Assembly (NCBI RefSeq): GCF_006345805.1
Contig: NC_043001.1
Coordinates: 116,436,001 to 116,500,000 of the forward strand
Reading direction: 5' to 3'
Length of the DNA stretch: 64,000 nt
Origin: Octopus sinensis
Lineage: Eukaryota
Shown here piece by piece: positions 27,159 through 40,796 of this stretch. Under the pieces are notes generated by a model, which ran no database searches, was not told the origin of the DNA, and worked only from the letters and a program-made list of their open reading frames with translations. The position numbers and the translations under genes are program-made. How positions within the stretch are numbered: position 1 is the first letter of the stretch; each line of letters opens with the position of its first letter.

Positions 27159-27299
27159 AGTGTAACAGCTAATATTTGGCATTTTCAAGTTTAGCATTTT
27201 CTTTTTCCACCATTCCAGACACCAACAGGACCCTGCTTTACTTATGTAAAAGATCCTGCCAAAGATCACCAACACATCTTGCTTTCCTGACATAAAAGC

Positions 27300-27450
27300 C
27301 AGCAACACCAATCGCCAGAGCAAAACCCTGCCAAACACAAAGGGATCACAATAAAAACCTCTAATATTATACTTCCACTACAACACCAAGCAAACGCCCT
27401 TACGAGACGTTTCTCTAAAATTGGCCACCAACGAAAACTACACAAATAAG
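27300..27450 (+). mobile_element. I/Nimb-like LINE fragment (endonuclease-RT linker)
   Basis: QHQANALTRRFSKIGH resembles the QAN.LA.HF..IS linker motif; flanked by stops. Confidence 0.35.
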
Positions 27451-27764
27451 AGAACACAAAATGATAAACAGTCATCTTCCATCAAGACCATTGTTTCTCA
27501 CCTGGGGTCCATATTAACCCTTGGGGGTTCACATAAAATTTTGTTGTTAATGTCTCGAGGTGCAGGCATGGCTGTGTGGTAAGAAGCATTCTTCCTAGTC
27601 ACAGGGTTCTGAGTTCAGTCCTACTACATAGTACCCTAGGCAAGTGTCTTCTACTATAACATTAGGCCAACCAAAGCCTTGTAAGTGGATTTGGTAGATG
27701 GAAACTGAAAGAAACCTGTTGTGTGTGTGAGTGTCACCACCACCACTTGACAACTAATGCACCA

Positions 27765-28022
27765 GGCTCCAGTCTGATCTGGCAGTGTTTCTACAGCTGG
27801 ATGCCCTTCCTAACGCCAACCACTCCGCGAGTGTAGTGGGTGCTTTTTACGTGCCACCTGCACAGGTGCCATGGGGGTCTGGCATCGGCCACGATCGGTT
27901 GGTGCTTTTAACGTGCCACCAGCACGGAAGCCAGCCAAGGCGGTGCTGGCATCGGCCACGTTCGGAAGGTGCTTTTTATGTGCCACCGGCACAGAAGCCA
28001 GTCGAGGCGGCGCTGGCAAAAA
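27765..28022 (-). mobile_element. RTE 3' UTR fragment inside a SINE A
   Basis: ctacagctggatgcccttcctaacgcc plus three gtgccac subrepeats. Confidence 0.85.
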
Positions 28023-28163
28023 TTCAAGGCAGTGCACCAGCATGGCCATAGTCTAACAATTGAAGCAAGACAAAGGACTTATGTGCAATAAATTGTTTAT
28101 ACTTCTACAATACACAAAAATGCTAACAATTTTTTACACCATCCCTAATAATATCTGATTATT

Positions 28164-29095
28164 ACACGGTAAAATGCAAGCAAGAGAAATAATATTCTTA
28201 AGATTATAAATCTGGAAAAGTACAGGACAAGTTATTATATCAAATAAAGTAAAGAACAAGAAAATTTTTACTTAAAATATTGCAGCTAAGGATAAAATTT
28301 CAAATAAAATATTTAGATTTAGAAAATATTAGCTTTTATTAAAACTAAAAATTTTATTACTAGTTAGTCTATTTGTTATTACTTGTTATTTCTATTAAAA
28401 ATTTAAAATAACTATTAAAATATTTTTTGCACTTTAAAAACTTCATTTTTTTTTATCATTAACTAATAATTAGAAATTTGAAAACAGGTTAAAAGAAATA
28501 ATAGTAGTACATAATTAGTCAGTACAATAAATAGAATAATACAAAAATTAGTTATATATTACAATTAAATCTACCTATAAGAACCAATTCATGATAAAAT
28601 CTGCTTGAGTTATTGCCTAAGTTTTTGCCAAGTCTTTACATTTTTAGTCTTGACACAATACCTATTTTTTGCATAATGAATTTGCCTACCATATATACTA
28701 TTCTACTTTTGCTTAAACTTTAGAATAAGTACTAGGATTACAAAGAATAAGTCCTGGGGTCGAATTGCTCGACTAAAGGCGGTGCTCCAGTATGGCCACA
28801 GTCAAATGACTGAAGCAAGTAAAAAAGTAAAAGAGTATATTGGTACTTTTGGTTCTCATTTTTTAAGTATTCTGGTGTGTCAATATTTTAATAAAATGAT
28901 GGTACCTTTTCTAATTATTGTGTTATTTTGCAAATTAAAATCAAATAATTTTTAATATTCAAATTTTATCCTTAGCTGCAATATTTTAAGTAAAAATTTT
29001 CCTGTTCTGTACTTTACCAGATAAAATAACTTGTCCTATACTTTTCCAGATTTATAATCTTAAGAATATAATTTCTCTTCCCATGTAATCCATGT
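28164..29095. mobile_element. Non-autonomous long-TIR (foldback/Mutator-like) element
   Basis: ~160-bp arms 28164-28320 and 28935-29095 are reverse complements (aagagaaat..attcttaagattataaatctggaaaagt..aaaatattgcagctaaggataaaattt); SINE A tail inserted at 28722-28836. Confidence 0.75.
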
Positions 29096-29667
29096 TTTTT
29101 CTAGGCTAGGCTATTGTGGTAATTAATAATGCGTCAAATGTGTCAATCAGTGGTATCGTTGACACATTTCTTACCTCAATAATACTGGTGACATTAAAAA
29201 TCCCCTATAATTATATTTATAAAAAAGTATAGAATTATATTAGCAATTATATTTCTCAACTTTGAGAAATAAACACTCATAACTTTTTTCTTTCAAAACT
29301 TTATTGCATGAAATTGATACCAGGAAATTCCTCAAATTGAACTCTATCATTTAAGCTTAATTAAAATATAGTTTGCTTTTAAAATAAGAAAGTTAATTAT
29401 ACTTAAATCCAATTTTTTGCCTTAAATTTTTTTTTCATGATATTTTACCTCACAACTTTTTTGATACAAATTTTTGTTGCATGAGAACAAAACTATGAAA
29501 TTCTTCATGCTTTCTTCTATCATTGAAGCTAAGATAAATATATTTTGCTTTTAAGATAAAAAAGTTATTTAGATCTAAACGTGATTGGTGGCACTAGTTA
29601 CTCTCCTATAACGTCGCTACAAATTTTGATGTAAACTTTTTTCTACTGGACCAAATCTCAATTTTGA

Positions 29668-29910
29668 GATTAGTGTTGTGGAGGGAATAGGTGGACGCTG
29701 GGTTTCTCCTCCCAAAATGCATGGTGGTACATTTGTCCACAGCCAGCTTGAGTTGCCAGTCCATGATCCACTGCTGCATTGTGTCCAGGTCTGCTTGCAA
29801 TAGAGATCAATAGTGTACAGGATCTGACCTCTTTATTTCGAGGTACAGCTTGATGTCATCTGCATATTTCAGCACTGTGGCATTCTTTAAGTTGGCATTT
29901 ATGTCATTAA
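29668..29910 (-). mobile_element. CR1-type LINE RT fragment
   Basis: NDINANLKNATVLKYADDIKLY...LQADLDTMQQWIMDWQLKLAVDKCTTMHFG. Confidence 0.85.
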
Positions 29911-30921
29911 CATTTTTTTAATGCCAAAATGTAGCTATGGACCCATCCTCTTCAAAAATATGAGCGGTTTTCTATTTGATTAAGAACTAATTTAGTGACA
30001 AGCTCTGAAAAATGCTGCATGTGAGTTAATTGCAGCCTTAAGAATATTATCCAACCACTACTGTAGTTGAATGATAAAAATGTAATATTTTTTAAACATT
30101 GAATGGCTCTGAAGATGTACCTGAGTAAAATAGGGATGAAATGGATCCCTAAGTGAAAAATGGTTGAGAATCACTGATCTAGACCATCACTGACTGACCT
30201 CATTCTCTCATCAAACACCCAACCAATCATAGGGAAATTTAAAATCTCAAACACTTCAAGGCCTGATAAATCCTAAGACATAAACCTAAGGCAGTAAATT
30301 GACAGTCTTAAAAGTTAGAATCATTATCATCAAGATTTAATATCCATTTTTCAAGTTGGTAAAGGGGCCAATAGTCTGTTTTTGGTTTGGTTTCTTCAGC
30401 TGGATGCCCTTTCTAACACCAACCCCCTTACACAGTGTACATGGTGGTTTTTACATGGCACCATCACCAGTGCTTTTTATGTGGCACCAGCACCCACACT
30501 AATGCTTTTTACATGGCTCCTTGGTTTTAGGATCTCAATTCTGTTGTAGCAGGTGGGTCTTCTTGAGTACAGCAATGTGCCACATATCTCAGTCCTCTGT
30601 CATCTTCTTCGTAAGGCTCAGCATGCGTAAATTGCAGGAAAAATAAAAAATCAAGATATAAAAACGAATCGGCGTAAATATTGTAGAAATTCGGCAAAGA
30701 AATGAATTTCAGGATGTAGCCTGGAGGGTTTTTTCGTATTAATCGTTCGGACTTTGTGAACACATACCAATTGTTTTCATAACATTTTTAATGCTTTGAA
30801 TTAAATGTGACCATTTTGCATTGAGTCTACAGTTTGAATCACTTTAACCAAATTTTAGTAGGCCGGATTTTTGATCATCATGATACATTGCCAGCGACTC
30901 CCTGAAATCCCCATTGAGAAA

Positions 30922-31000
30922 TCTATATATATATAAAACTCAACTTGTGTGTCTGTGTGTGTATCTGTGTGTGTGTGTGTGTGTGTGTCTGTGTGCTTAA
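30922..31000 (+). mobile_element. Helitron-like 5' end fragment
   Basis: a^tctatatatatataaaactcaacttgtgtgtctgtgtg. Confidence 0.5.
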
Positions 31001-31053
31001 CTTTTGGATCTACTAAGTTTCATTATTAAGGATGGAAAGTAGTGTGTAGCAAA

Positions 31054-31410
31054 TCTATATATATAAAGCTGAAGTTGTCTGTGTGTGGCAGGTTTGGTAG
31101 CCTTCAACTAACACTATCTCCTTCGAGACACTGCAGCGCAAGTTGACCAAAATTGAGAGTATAATAGAAGAAGGCTTGCTCTTCATTCTGTAGAAGATAA
31201 AATTCAAATTGGACCATGTTAACACCAAAAATTATTTACATCAAAAAGGTGCTTTTTTTCTATGAAAATCCCTATTTTTTACGATTTTTGACTGCCGTGT
31301 CACTATTTTTCGGTGTATTTCAACTGGAAAAATGTTCACTTGAAGAGAATAACAAGTTGCATAATGCAACACATAATGCAAACTCAAGCAACACTGGGTG
31401 ATACTGCTAG
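31054..31410 (+). mobile_element. Non-autonomous Helitron-like element
   Basis: Starts TC after A and ends CTAG before T, no TSD; GC-richer gcaacactgggtg segment just before the 3' end. Confidence 0.7.
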
Positions 31411-31685
31411 TCACCAATATAATAAAATAGAGATAATAAAATGGAAGATCCCCTGGACATGTGTGGAATACAGTTTGTTGCTACAGTAAGTGTCAATGAA
31501 AATCCTCTTCAAACAGCTAGATATACAGAAAACACCCCCAAAAAACTATACAGCAATATCCTGAAAACACAATCTCTTTCAATCAAGCCAGACAAACAGG
31601 AAAAAAGAACACATTATACACATAGTAGAAGTTGCAACATCAATAGCTTCATTGAGCCCAAACACTGTCATTGAGATGCCCAGCA

Positions 31686-32096
31686 CTCTCTTTTACTCTT
31701 TTATTCTTTTACTTGTTTCAGTCATTTGACTGCGGCCATGCTGGAGCACCGCCTTTAGTCGAGCAAATCGACCCCGGGACTTATTCTTTGTAAGCCCAGT
31801 ACTTATTCTATTGGTCTCTTTTGCTGAACCGCTAAGTGACGGGGACGTAAACACACCAGCATCGGTTGTCAAGCAATGCTAGGGGTACAAACACAGACAC
31901 ACAAACACATACACATACATATATACATATATATGACGGGCTTCTTTCAGTTTCCGTCTACCAAATCCACTCACAAGGCATTGGTCGGCCCGGGGCTATA
32001 GCAGAAGACACTTGCCCAAGATGCCACGCGGTGGGACTGAACCCGGAACCATGTGGTTGGTTAGCAAGCTACTTACCACACAGCCACTCCTGCGCC
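31686..32096 (-). mobile_element. SINE family A (young)
   Basis: Near-consensus full-length copy. Confidence 0.92.
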
Positions 32097-33436
32097 TGTA
32101 GAAGGAATATTCAGTAATCACCCAATGTGATTCACCAAACTGCTGCACATGTGATCAACAAAATCTGACCACTCATGACTTCACATGGAATAGGCTCCAG
32201 CAATGAGTTCATCTTTTGGCATGCTCCCTTCTGAATCTATCAATCAATTATAAGTTCTACACACCATGGTTATTAGATAGAGAGCTTTGGAATGCAGCAG
32301 AGGGAGTTGACAGACACTGTAGGAGTTGGCCAACAGAAACGGTGGACAACAGCTGACAACAGAAAGGCAATGTGCAGAACATGTAATATTTTTGTCTTTT
32401 TCACATACAAAAATATGTGACATGCTCATTATATCAGTATCATATGTGTGAAACACACAAAAGCAAGAAAAGTGACTATTGTTAATGAAGTTTTAGTGTT
32501 GATAAATAACTGGAAAGGTTTCTTTTTCTGATTTGTGGCCACTTTTTCAGAATATGGTGAAGACATTTTTGGGAAATGAACTATTTTAACTGGCTTGGTA
32601 TATGGAAATGAAAGAAGTGTACACAAAATTTTATAATTCTAGCTTTTTTGTTCCAGCCTGTGAATGGTTGAAATACTTCTCTGAGAGGCATTGATTGCTC
32701 CTTCTGAAGGGATTCACATTCTGTAATGGATCAATCAATTTTATTATCTTTTAATATTATCACTCTTTAAGGCAATGAGCTGGTAGAATCATTAGCATAC
32801 CAGGCAAAATGATTAGCATCATTACATAGAGAAGAATTTTGCTTATTAATATCAGAGAGCCTTCTACTGTTTAAACTGGCAAAATAAACTTCAGAAATCT
32901 CGGAGCAACTGTAGCTATCTTGATAATAGTAAAACTCCAGGGATGTTTGTGTGTAACTGAAATATGTCAGAAATAATATATTTTGTATTAATTATTTTTA
33001 CATATTTATTTTCATACTTACCTTTGGCAGTGCAGTACAATTTTGTTTTACGTTTGAACCTCTATTTAAATGAGTAAACACAATTTTTGTTATTTCTTGA
33101 TGAAAAAAAATACATGGTTTCCATGACGTCAACACACATGCACACATACAAAATACACACAAATATAATGAATGTCATGGCATATCAATTAACACAAACA
33201 CATGTTCACTATCTGTGACATACACACACACACACACACTGACTTCAAGCACTCTAAGAAAAAAATACCATTGACTTTTTGATGTATTTGTTTTCATTTA
33301 GAAATATTTTTAACTGAATGTGATTTCATTATCCAGAGTTCGTTAATTTCTGTAAATTTTTTTATTTATTTACTTTTGTTTTAAAGTGAATGAGAGGAGA
33401 AAGTGAAAGATGTATGTACGTGTGTATGATATGGAC

Positions 33437-33484
<48 letters not shown>

Positions 33485-34089
33485 AGATAGAGTGAGTGAA
33501 GGGGTGTGTTGTCATGTATACGTACATACATCAATATATATGCATACATCTTTTTTTGTATGTACGTGTGCATTTGTGTGTGTGTGAGAGAGAGAGAGAG
33601 AGAACGGGTGTTCTCATGTGGCACACACACACACACACACTCCCTCTCTCATATATACACATACACGTCCACTTCATATACATATTCAAACATCTTTCAC
33701 TTTTAAAACGAAAGTAACAGGGTATTCTCAAGATAAAAATTGTTAAGAAAAAAGCTTCTACTCATGTAAATTGATTACTATTGTTTGGATAGTTCCAATT
33801 AAATAAGTCCAGAAATTAGATGAAATATATATAAATGCATAAGTACTGTGAATTCCCATTCTACAAACTGACAAACAGTTCCGTGAATACTTTACCAGGC
33901 AAGGCTGGGTAGTAAGTCTAGTATCTATTAAAAATCATGTATCTATGGTCTAAGGGAAATGTTTATTCAACAAGACGTAACAAAATCTTAATAACATTGA
34001 AATATATATTTAAACTATAGAGGATTAAACTACATATTTTGCTCTCAATTTTTTTATATATTAATTGTGTTCTATATGTCATACAATCT

Positions 34090-34300
34090 ATCTTTCAAAT
34101 TACTGCCATTTAATGCATCATTCAAACTATGAGTAATGTAATTAAAGGATTCCTCATCAGAAGAGAAACTAGGTATGTTTGCCTACTAATATTATTTACT
34201 AAGTTTCTCAGAATTATTGACGGATGGTTGGAATGAATGTATATCATCAGAGGATGGGCAATGTCTTTGGCCTTGACAGGACTTCCTAAACTAGTGAAGT
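34090..34300 (-). pseudogene. Penelope-like element RT/thumb region relic
   Basis: PLMIYIHSNHPSIILRNLVNNISR, then after a frameshift LSSDEESFN..LNDALNGS; matches the PLE YIH..SNHP..I.K....I..RIS..SS.EE.F pattern. Confidence 0.7.
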
Positions 34301-34799
34301 TGATGTCAACTTTGCCTTTCATCCTTTAGAGGTCAATTAAATAAGTACCAGTTACATACTGGAGTCGATGTAATCGACTTAATCCCTTTGTCTGTCACAC
34401 CTAATATCATTCTAAAATTAAACAATTACATTATTGGAATCTCAAAGCTACAATTTAATGCATGATTAATTCAAAAGAATTTGAATAAATAACCATTACA
34501 TTTGACAGAGCAATGCTAAAGAATTGAGATAAAAAAAGAGCATGGAAACGGTCTTCCATAAATTCATGTTAAACATCTGCTATTATGTGTGGAATGGCTC
34601 CAAGTATTAAAGACCATCTACCACCTTCCATCATTGTCATTTAATGTCCACTTTTTCAGGCTCATTTGGGTCAGACAGAATTTGTTGAGGCAAATTTTCT
34701 AACAGTTGGATGCTGTTCTTATTGCCAACCCTCACCGGTTGCAAAGTAAGATCATTTTTTTCTCATGGCTGGACATTTTTATTTATGCATCCTTTTCAA

Positions 34800-35093
34800 G
34801 CCTACCCAGGCTCATGGGCCCAGTTTCCCGGTTTCTGTGGTAGATGTGTTCCCGCCAGCTGGATGGGACGCCAGTCCATCACAGTGTTACTCAAGAAACA
34901 GGAAGTGAGAGTGAGAGAAAATTGTAGCAAAAGAGTACAACAGGGGTCGCCACCCCCCCCCCCCTGCCAGAGCCCTGTGGAGCTTTTAGGTGTTTTCGAT
35001 CAATAAACACACACAACGCCCAGTCTGGGAATCAAAACCATGATCCTCCAACTGCGAGTCCGCTGCCTTAACCACTGGGCCATTGCACCTCCA
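34800..35093 (-). mobile_element. Chimeric SINE: family C head plus family D tail
   Basis: 34886-35093 matches the C head; 34800-34885 matches the D 3' end at 2095-2185. Confidence 0.75.
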
Positions 35094-35633
35094 CCATGGC
35101 TGGACATATTTCCACAAAAGACTGGAAATGAAGTATACTACTTGTATAATGGTGACACTTGTTTGCAACTGTCACACAATATCAAAACAAGTAAACACTA
35201 ATTCTCTTTCGCTTTCTATCCCTCCCTCTATCACACAGACACACGCACACACACATATGTATACGATGTGCTTCTTTCAGTTTTCAAATCTATTTACAAA
35301 GCTTCACAGGACTATAGCAAAAGACACCTGCCCAGGGAGCCACACAGAGGGACTGAATTTGAAACTAAGTGATTGAGAAGCAAGCCTCTTAGTCACACAG
35401 CCATGCTTGCACCTCTGTAGACAAAAAATGTAATAATTAAGGTTGATTAACACAATTGTTAGATCAGAAGCTCTGAATCCTTATATTCTGATTTCAAATC
35501 AATTGAGGTCAATTTTGCCTTGAATCCCTTTTAGGGTCACTGAAATAAAATACCAGCCAAGTATTAAGGTTGTTTTAATTGACAACACCCTCCTCGAAAA
35601 TGTGTAGAGAAATGCATATTCAGGAAATTATTA

Positions 35634-35664
<31 letters not shown>

Positions 35665-36060
35665 CAGCTACAATTCTATCATGACACAAAAAATTGTGTC
35701 ATTGAATTTATTTGATGCCACAGTCTTGGCAATGGAATCTGTTAATTCCCTCTAGACATTTCTTTTGTCTGGCTATTTTACTTAGCTCTTCCAAGGAGCC
35801 CCATAAATTGCTTTCTTTTTTTGTTTTACTGAAATATGAAGAAGATATAGAAAGTTAGATGTATCAATTATCACAACCATCCTAACTGCCGAGAAATATT
35901 TTAATTTTGCTGACTGCGATATTCACATATGTTGGGGGTTAGCTAACTTTCCTGAAGTTGCAGGAAATTCATTTTATTCTGTCCCAAAGGACTACATAAG
36001 GAAATAAAGACACATATTTGTCTATGTTTATATATGATGGTGCTTTAACAAACAAATGAA

Positions 36061-36128
<68 letters not shown>

Positions 36129-36146
36129 AATATATATACATATATA

Positions 36147-36562
36147 GGCGCAGGAGTGGCTGTGTGGTAAGTAGCTTGCTTACCAACCACATGGTTCCAG
36201 GTTCAGTCCCACTGCGTGGCACCTTGGGCAAGTGTCTTCTACTATAGCCTCGGGCCAACCAAAGCCTTGTGAGTGGATTTGGTAGACAGAACCTGAAAGA
36301 AGCCCGTCGTATATATGTATATATATATATATATATATATGCGTGTGTGTGTTTGTGTGTCTGTGTTTGTCCCCCTAGCATTGCTTGACAATCGATGCTG
36401 GTGTGTTTACGTCCCCGTCACTTAGCAGTTCGGCAAAAGAGACCAATAGAATAAGTACTGGGCTTGCAAAGAATAAGTCCCGGGGTCGATTTGCTTGACT
36501 AAAGGCGGTGCTCCAGCATGGCCGCAGTCAAATGACTGAAACAAGTAAAAGAGTAAAAGAGA
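36147..36562 (+). mobile_element. SINE family A (young)
   Basis: Full-length, inserted after (TA)n. Confidence 0.92.
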
Positions 36563-36854
36563 TATATATACATATATGCATGGGTATGTGTGTGTATGCA
36601 TGGGTATGTGCATGTGTGTGTGTGTAGACAAGTATGCACTTATATTTTCTCCAGTCAAGATTTTTTTTTCTTTTTAAGAGTGATTCTCTAACTCATTTGC
36701 TGAAGATTTTAATAGTAATTTTTTTCTTCTCATTCAGAAACTTCCTGCGAAATCTCTGTTGATTTCTCACTTTCCTTACAAACATCAAACTTTCCACACA
36801 AAGCTACAATCGCATTAAGACAACACAGAACTACACAGAAATATACGCATGTAG

Positions 36855-36904
<50 letters not shown>

Positions 36905-37939
36905 ATGAAATCTATACATAACAAAGTATATAAAAAATAGTATATAAATAAACAATCAAAAAACCAAATAAATGTATAAATATATGTAAGTCTCAGCCAA
37001 TCACTGAAAGGAAATCTCTTAAAATCTTCAACCTGGCAATGACCCACTTTCTAAAGAATCATCATCATCATCACTTTTTATTTGTTCTAATCATATAACA
37101 CCAGTGGTTAAAAGCAACTCAAATAAGCTGAGAGTTTCCATGTGGTCACCCGGCTCGCTAAAAATAGCAGCCAGATACCCCTTACATTCAAATTGAACAT
37201 ATTTAAAAAGGAACATAATGGCAATATAATCCAGGGTGTACTATGCCAGAAGAAATGCAGGATAGTTGCAACGAGACTGCCTTTAGTTATAGATCTGTTA
37301 AACCAAGGTCAACACACAATATCAAGTGGCCTTCTCTATCAGTATTTGCCATTTGTCATTATCATTTTTGTTTAAACCTATGACCCCCACCCCAATCAGC
37401 CCTATTTGAGCTTAGCTTTGTCAAAGACACTCCATTTATGACCATCCCATCTTCCTCCTAGACTTTAGCAGCAAGACTACATTATTCAATGCATCATTTC
37501 CCAGCACTGAAGGATGTAAATTGAAGGACATTTAGCTGATATTTCTAGCTGATCAAGAGACTGCATAAGGGCTCTCACCATTGGTTCATATTTTTCATTT
37601 CTTGATGGCAATACCAGAAATGTCATACATGTGTGGAGGATCTAATGCTCCATTTGACACCTCTAGTTTTTGGTCATCAAGGACTAATGATTTGTCCCAA
37701 ATACTCCAGTTTCTTTCCTACTAGATACATTTAGGAAAGAAACCAGAGTATTTGGGGCAAGTTAATATCATTACTGACATTATCACAATCATTGCCGAGG
37801 TCAGCATAACATTGTTGACATTCCTAGTTGGACACAAAGGTTACCAATAACTGTTATCTATAGAAACTGCATCGAATTATACATCATCATCACTAAAATG
37901 ACACCCTTAATTATAAAAATAATTACCATCACACACAAT

Positions 37940-38536
<597 letters not shown>

Positions 38537-39224
38537 CACACATACATACACACAAACATATATCCTTATTGTTACTACTACTGTCACTGCTACCAACAGT
38601 AATTCCTCTTGTAACCAATCTTTCAGTTTCCACCCATATCATACCTAAAAACATTTGCAGGATTTCCCAGAATCCCGCAGAGATTTGGTGACAAATTTTT
38701 TTGGTGCATTATTTATTCCTTCATCCATTTATTCAAGTTTAGTTGAGAATATGAAACCACTTGTTGAGGGATAGGTTGAGGGCAGCTGAAAAATCTATTT
38801 ATTTCAAAACTACTACAAACAGCAGTTAAATCTCCCTCAAATTAGACTCACATGGCTGTGTGGTAAGAAGCTTGCTTTCAAGTCACATGGTTCAGGGCTC
38901 AGTCCTACTGCATGGCACCTTAGACAAGTGTCTTCTACTATAGCCTCTTAGCAGTTCAGCAAAAAGAGACCGATAGAATAAGTACTAGGCTTAGAAAAAA
39001 TAAGTTCTGGGTTGATTTGCTCAACTAAAGGTGGTGCTCCAGCATGGCCACACTCAAATGACTGAAACAAATAAAAGAATAAAACACACTGGATAATGCC
39101 CTCAATACACATCTGGGGAAAAGGTATGGTGGTCATAGTTGGAATGCCTGTGATCATAGGTTTCCTTAATATTATTGTTTAAGCCCTTATTTGATCTAGG
39201 GCTAAACATTAATGACTCTTCACT

Positions 39225-39555
39225 AAGGCAATATATAAGACCCATAATAGATTATGCTTCACCTGCTTTGCTCCTTAATCTTTCCATATCAAACAATAAC
39301 AAAATACACAAATACACTTGTCACATCATTGCAGGCTGTAAGCAAACCACACCCACAATCCAGCTACACACTGAAACAAAAACACATGAAGTGAAAGATG
39401 ACCTGGAAAATTTGAGATGCAAATTTTGTTATTGCAGTAGACTGCAATCCTCCCAGTTCCAGCCACTACATACATATGTATATATATACAAATCTACCAC
39501 CACTACTCCAAATATCCAGTACTCCAGGAGACTATTATAATAATAATAATAATAT
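39225..39555 (+). mobile_element. I/Nimb-like LINE 3' relic with (TAA)n
   Basis: QYIRPIIDYASP...HIIAGCKQTTPTIQLHTE resembles the post-RT domain. Confidence 0.55.
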
Positions 39556-39770
39556 GATAAAATCACTATCCCTCCAACTCAGTCCAAACAAACATAAAAT
39601 ATAAACATACTAAAATTAGTGGCAGAATTCATAGCATCAAAATCTCAATCACTTATAGAGAAAAGTACCGAGGAAATGAAACTGCAGTGTTCAAACTGAG
39701 TCCAGCTTATATTCATGTATTGAGGATGCTATAGGAATTTATTGAGCAGTGTAACACTGTACTTCATGTG

Positions 39771-40154
39771 GAGGCACAATGGCCCAGTGGTTAGGGCAGC
39801 GGACTCGCGGTCGTAGGATCGCGGTTTCGATTCCCAGACCAGGCGTTGTGAGTGTTTATTGAGCGAAAACGCCTAAAGCTCCACAAGGCTCCGGCAGGGG
39901 ATGGTGGTGATCCCTGCTGTACTCTTTCACCACAACTTTCTCTCACTCTTACTTCCTGTTTCTGTTGTACCTGTATTTCAAAGGGCCAGCCTTGTCACTC
40001 TCTGTGTCACGCTGAATATCCCCGAGAACTACGTTAAGGGTACACATGTCTGTGGAATGCTCAGCCACTTACACGTTAATTTCGTGAGCAGGCTGTTCCG
40101 TTGATTCGGATCAACCGGAACCCTCGTCGTCGTAACTGATGGAGTGCTTCCATC
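39771..40154 (+). mobile_element. tRNA-derived SINE family C, full length with 16-bp TSD
   Basis: A box tggcccagtgg, B box ggtttcgattcc; TSD cactgtacttcat(g/a)tg at 39755-39770 and 40155-40170. Confidence 0.92.
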
Positions 40155-40796
40155 CACTGTACTTCATATGATAAACCAGCACATGTAAAAGTGATCAGTG
40201 TGATAGTTGACATTATAGGTACAAAATATATCTAGAGCACTGCACATGTGGCTTCCACAAAGTCATTTGACTGACTTCTTATTTGAGCCAACAAGAGAGT
40301 TTCTACATAAGTCATTCAGTCTCCAAGAAACAGCGACAAAATCTCCTTTAAATTATATATTGTCTTAAGAAGGAAAAGAGACATATCAGATAATGTAGTT
40401 TTGGCTACCCTAATATGTGGAAAAACAATGTTATGGCCATGGCTAGAATACCTTTGATCATAGGTCTATTCAATCAGGACTGAGATTATGCAATGGGAGA
40501 ATTCCTAAGGAGTGACATTTTAAGCAGAAGGGACTGAGTATAGGGGTATAGGGGTTAGTGCAGGTCCAGGAAAGTTTGACACAACTTGCATGATATGAGG
40601 AGGAAAAGCAATTAAGTAGAAATTGCCTAAGTGAAGGAGACACAAGATTAACAGCTCTGAGGAACAGAGGCCACTGTAATAGTAGTGAAGGAGGTGGAGA
40701 CGAGTTGTAGTGCATTTATGGGTTAGATACCAGAGCTTGTCCTTGAGTAATTATGTTAGTCAGACAAGTGGCCTTTGCTCTCCATATGATCTAGAA

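Larger units (their letters stand above)
27489..30176 (+). mobile_element. hAT-type MITE carrying nested insertions
   Basis: Left end cattgtttctcacctgggg, right end ggttgagaatcactg; 8-bp TSD atcaagac / atctagac (7/8). Confidence 0.7.

Noticed and set aside
26391-27338. 315-aa hydrophobic ORF
   Set aside because: Translation of an (AAAG)n tract; not a membrane protein.
32200-32460. Possible piggyBac cysteine-rich C-terminal relic (RKAMCRTCNIFVFSH)
   Set aside because: Too short and degraded to call without a profile search.
39771-39850. tRNA gene-like heads
   Set aside because: A/B boxes continue into SINE bodies with TSDs; these are SINE heads, not tRNA genes.
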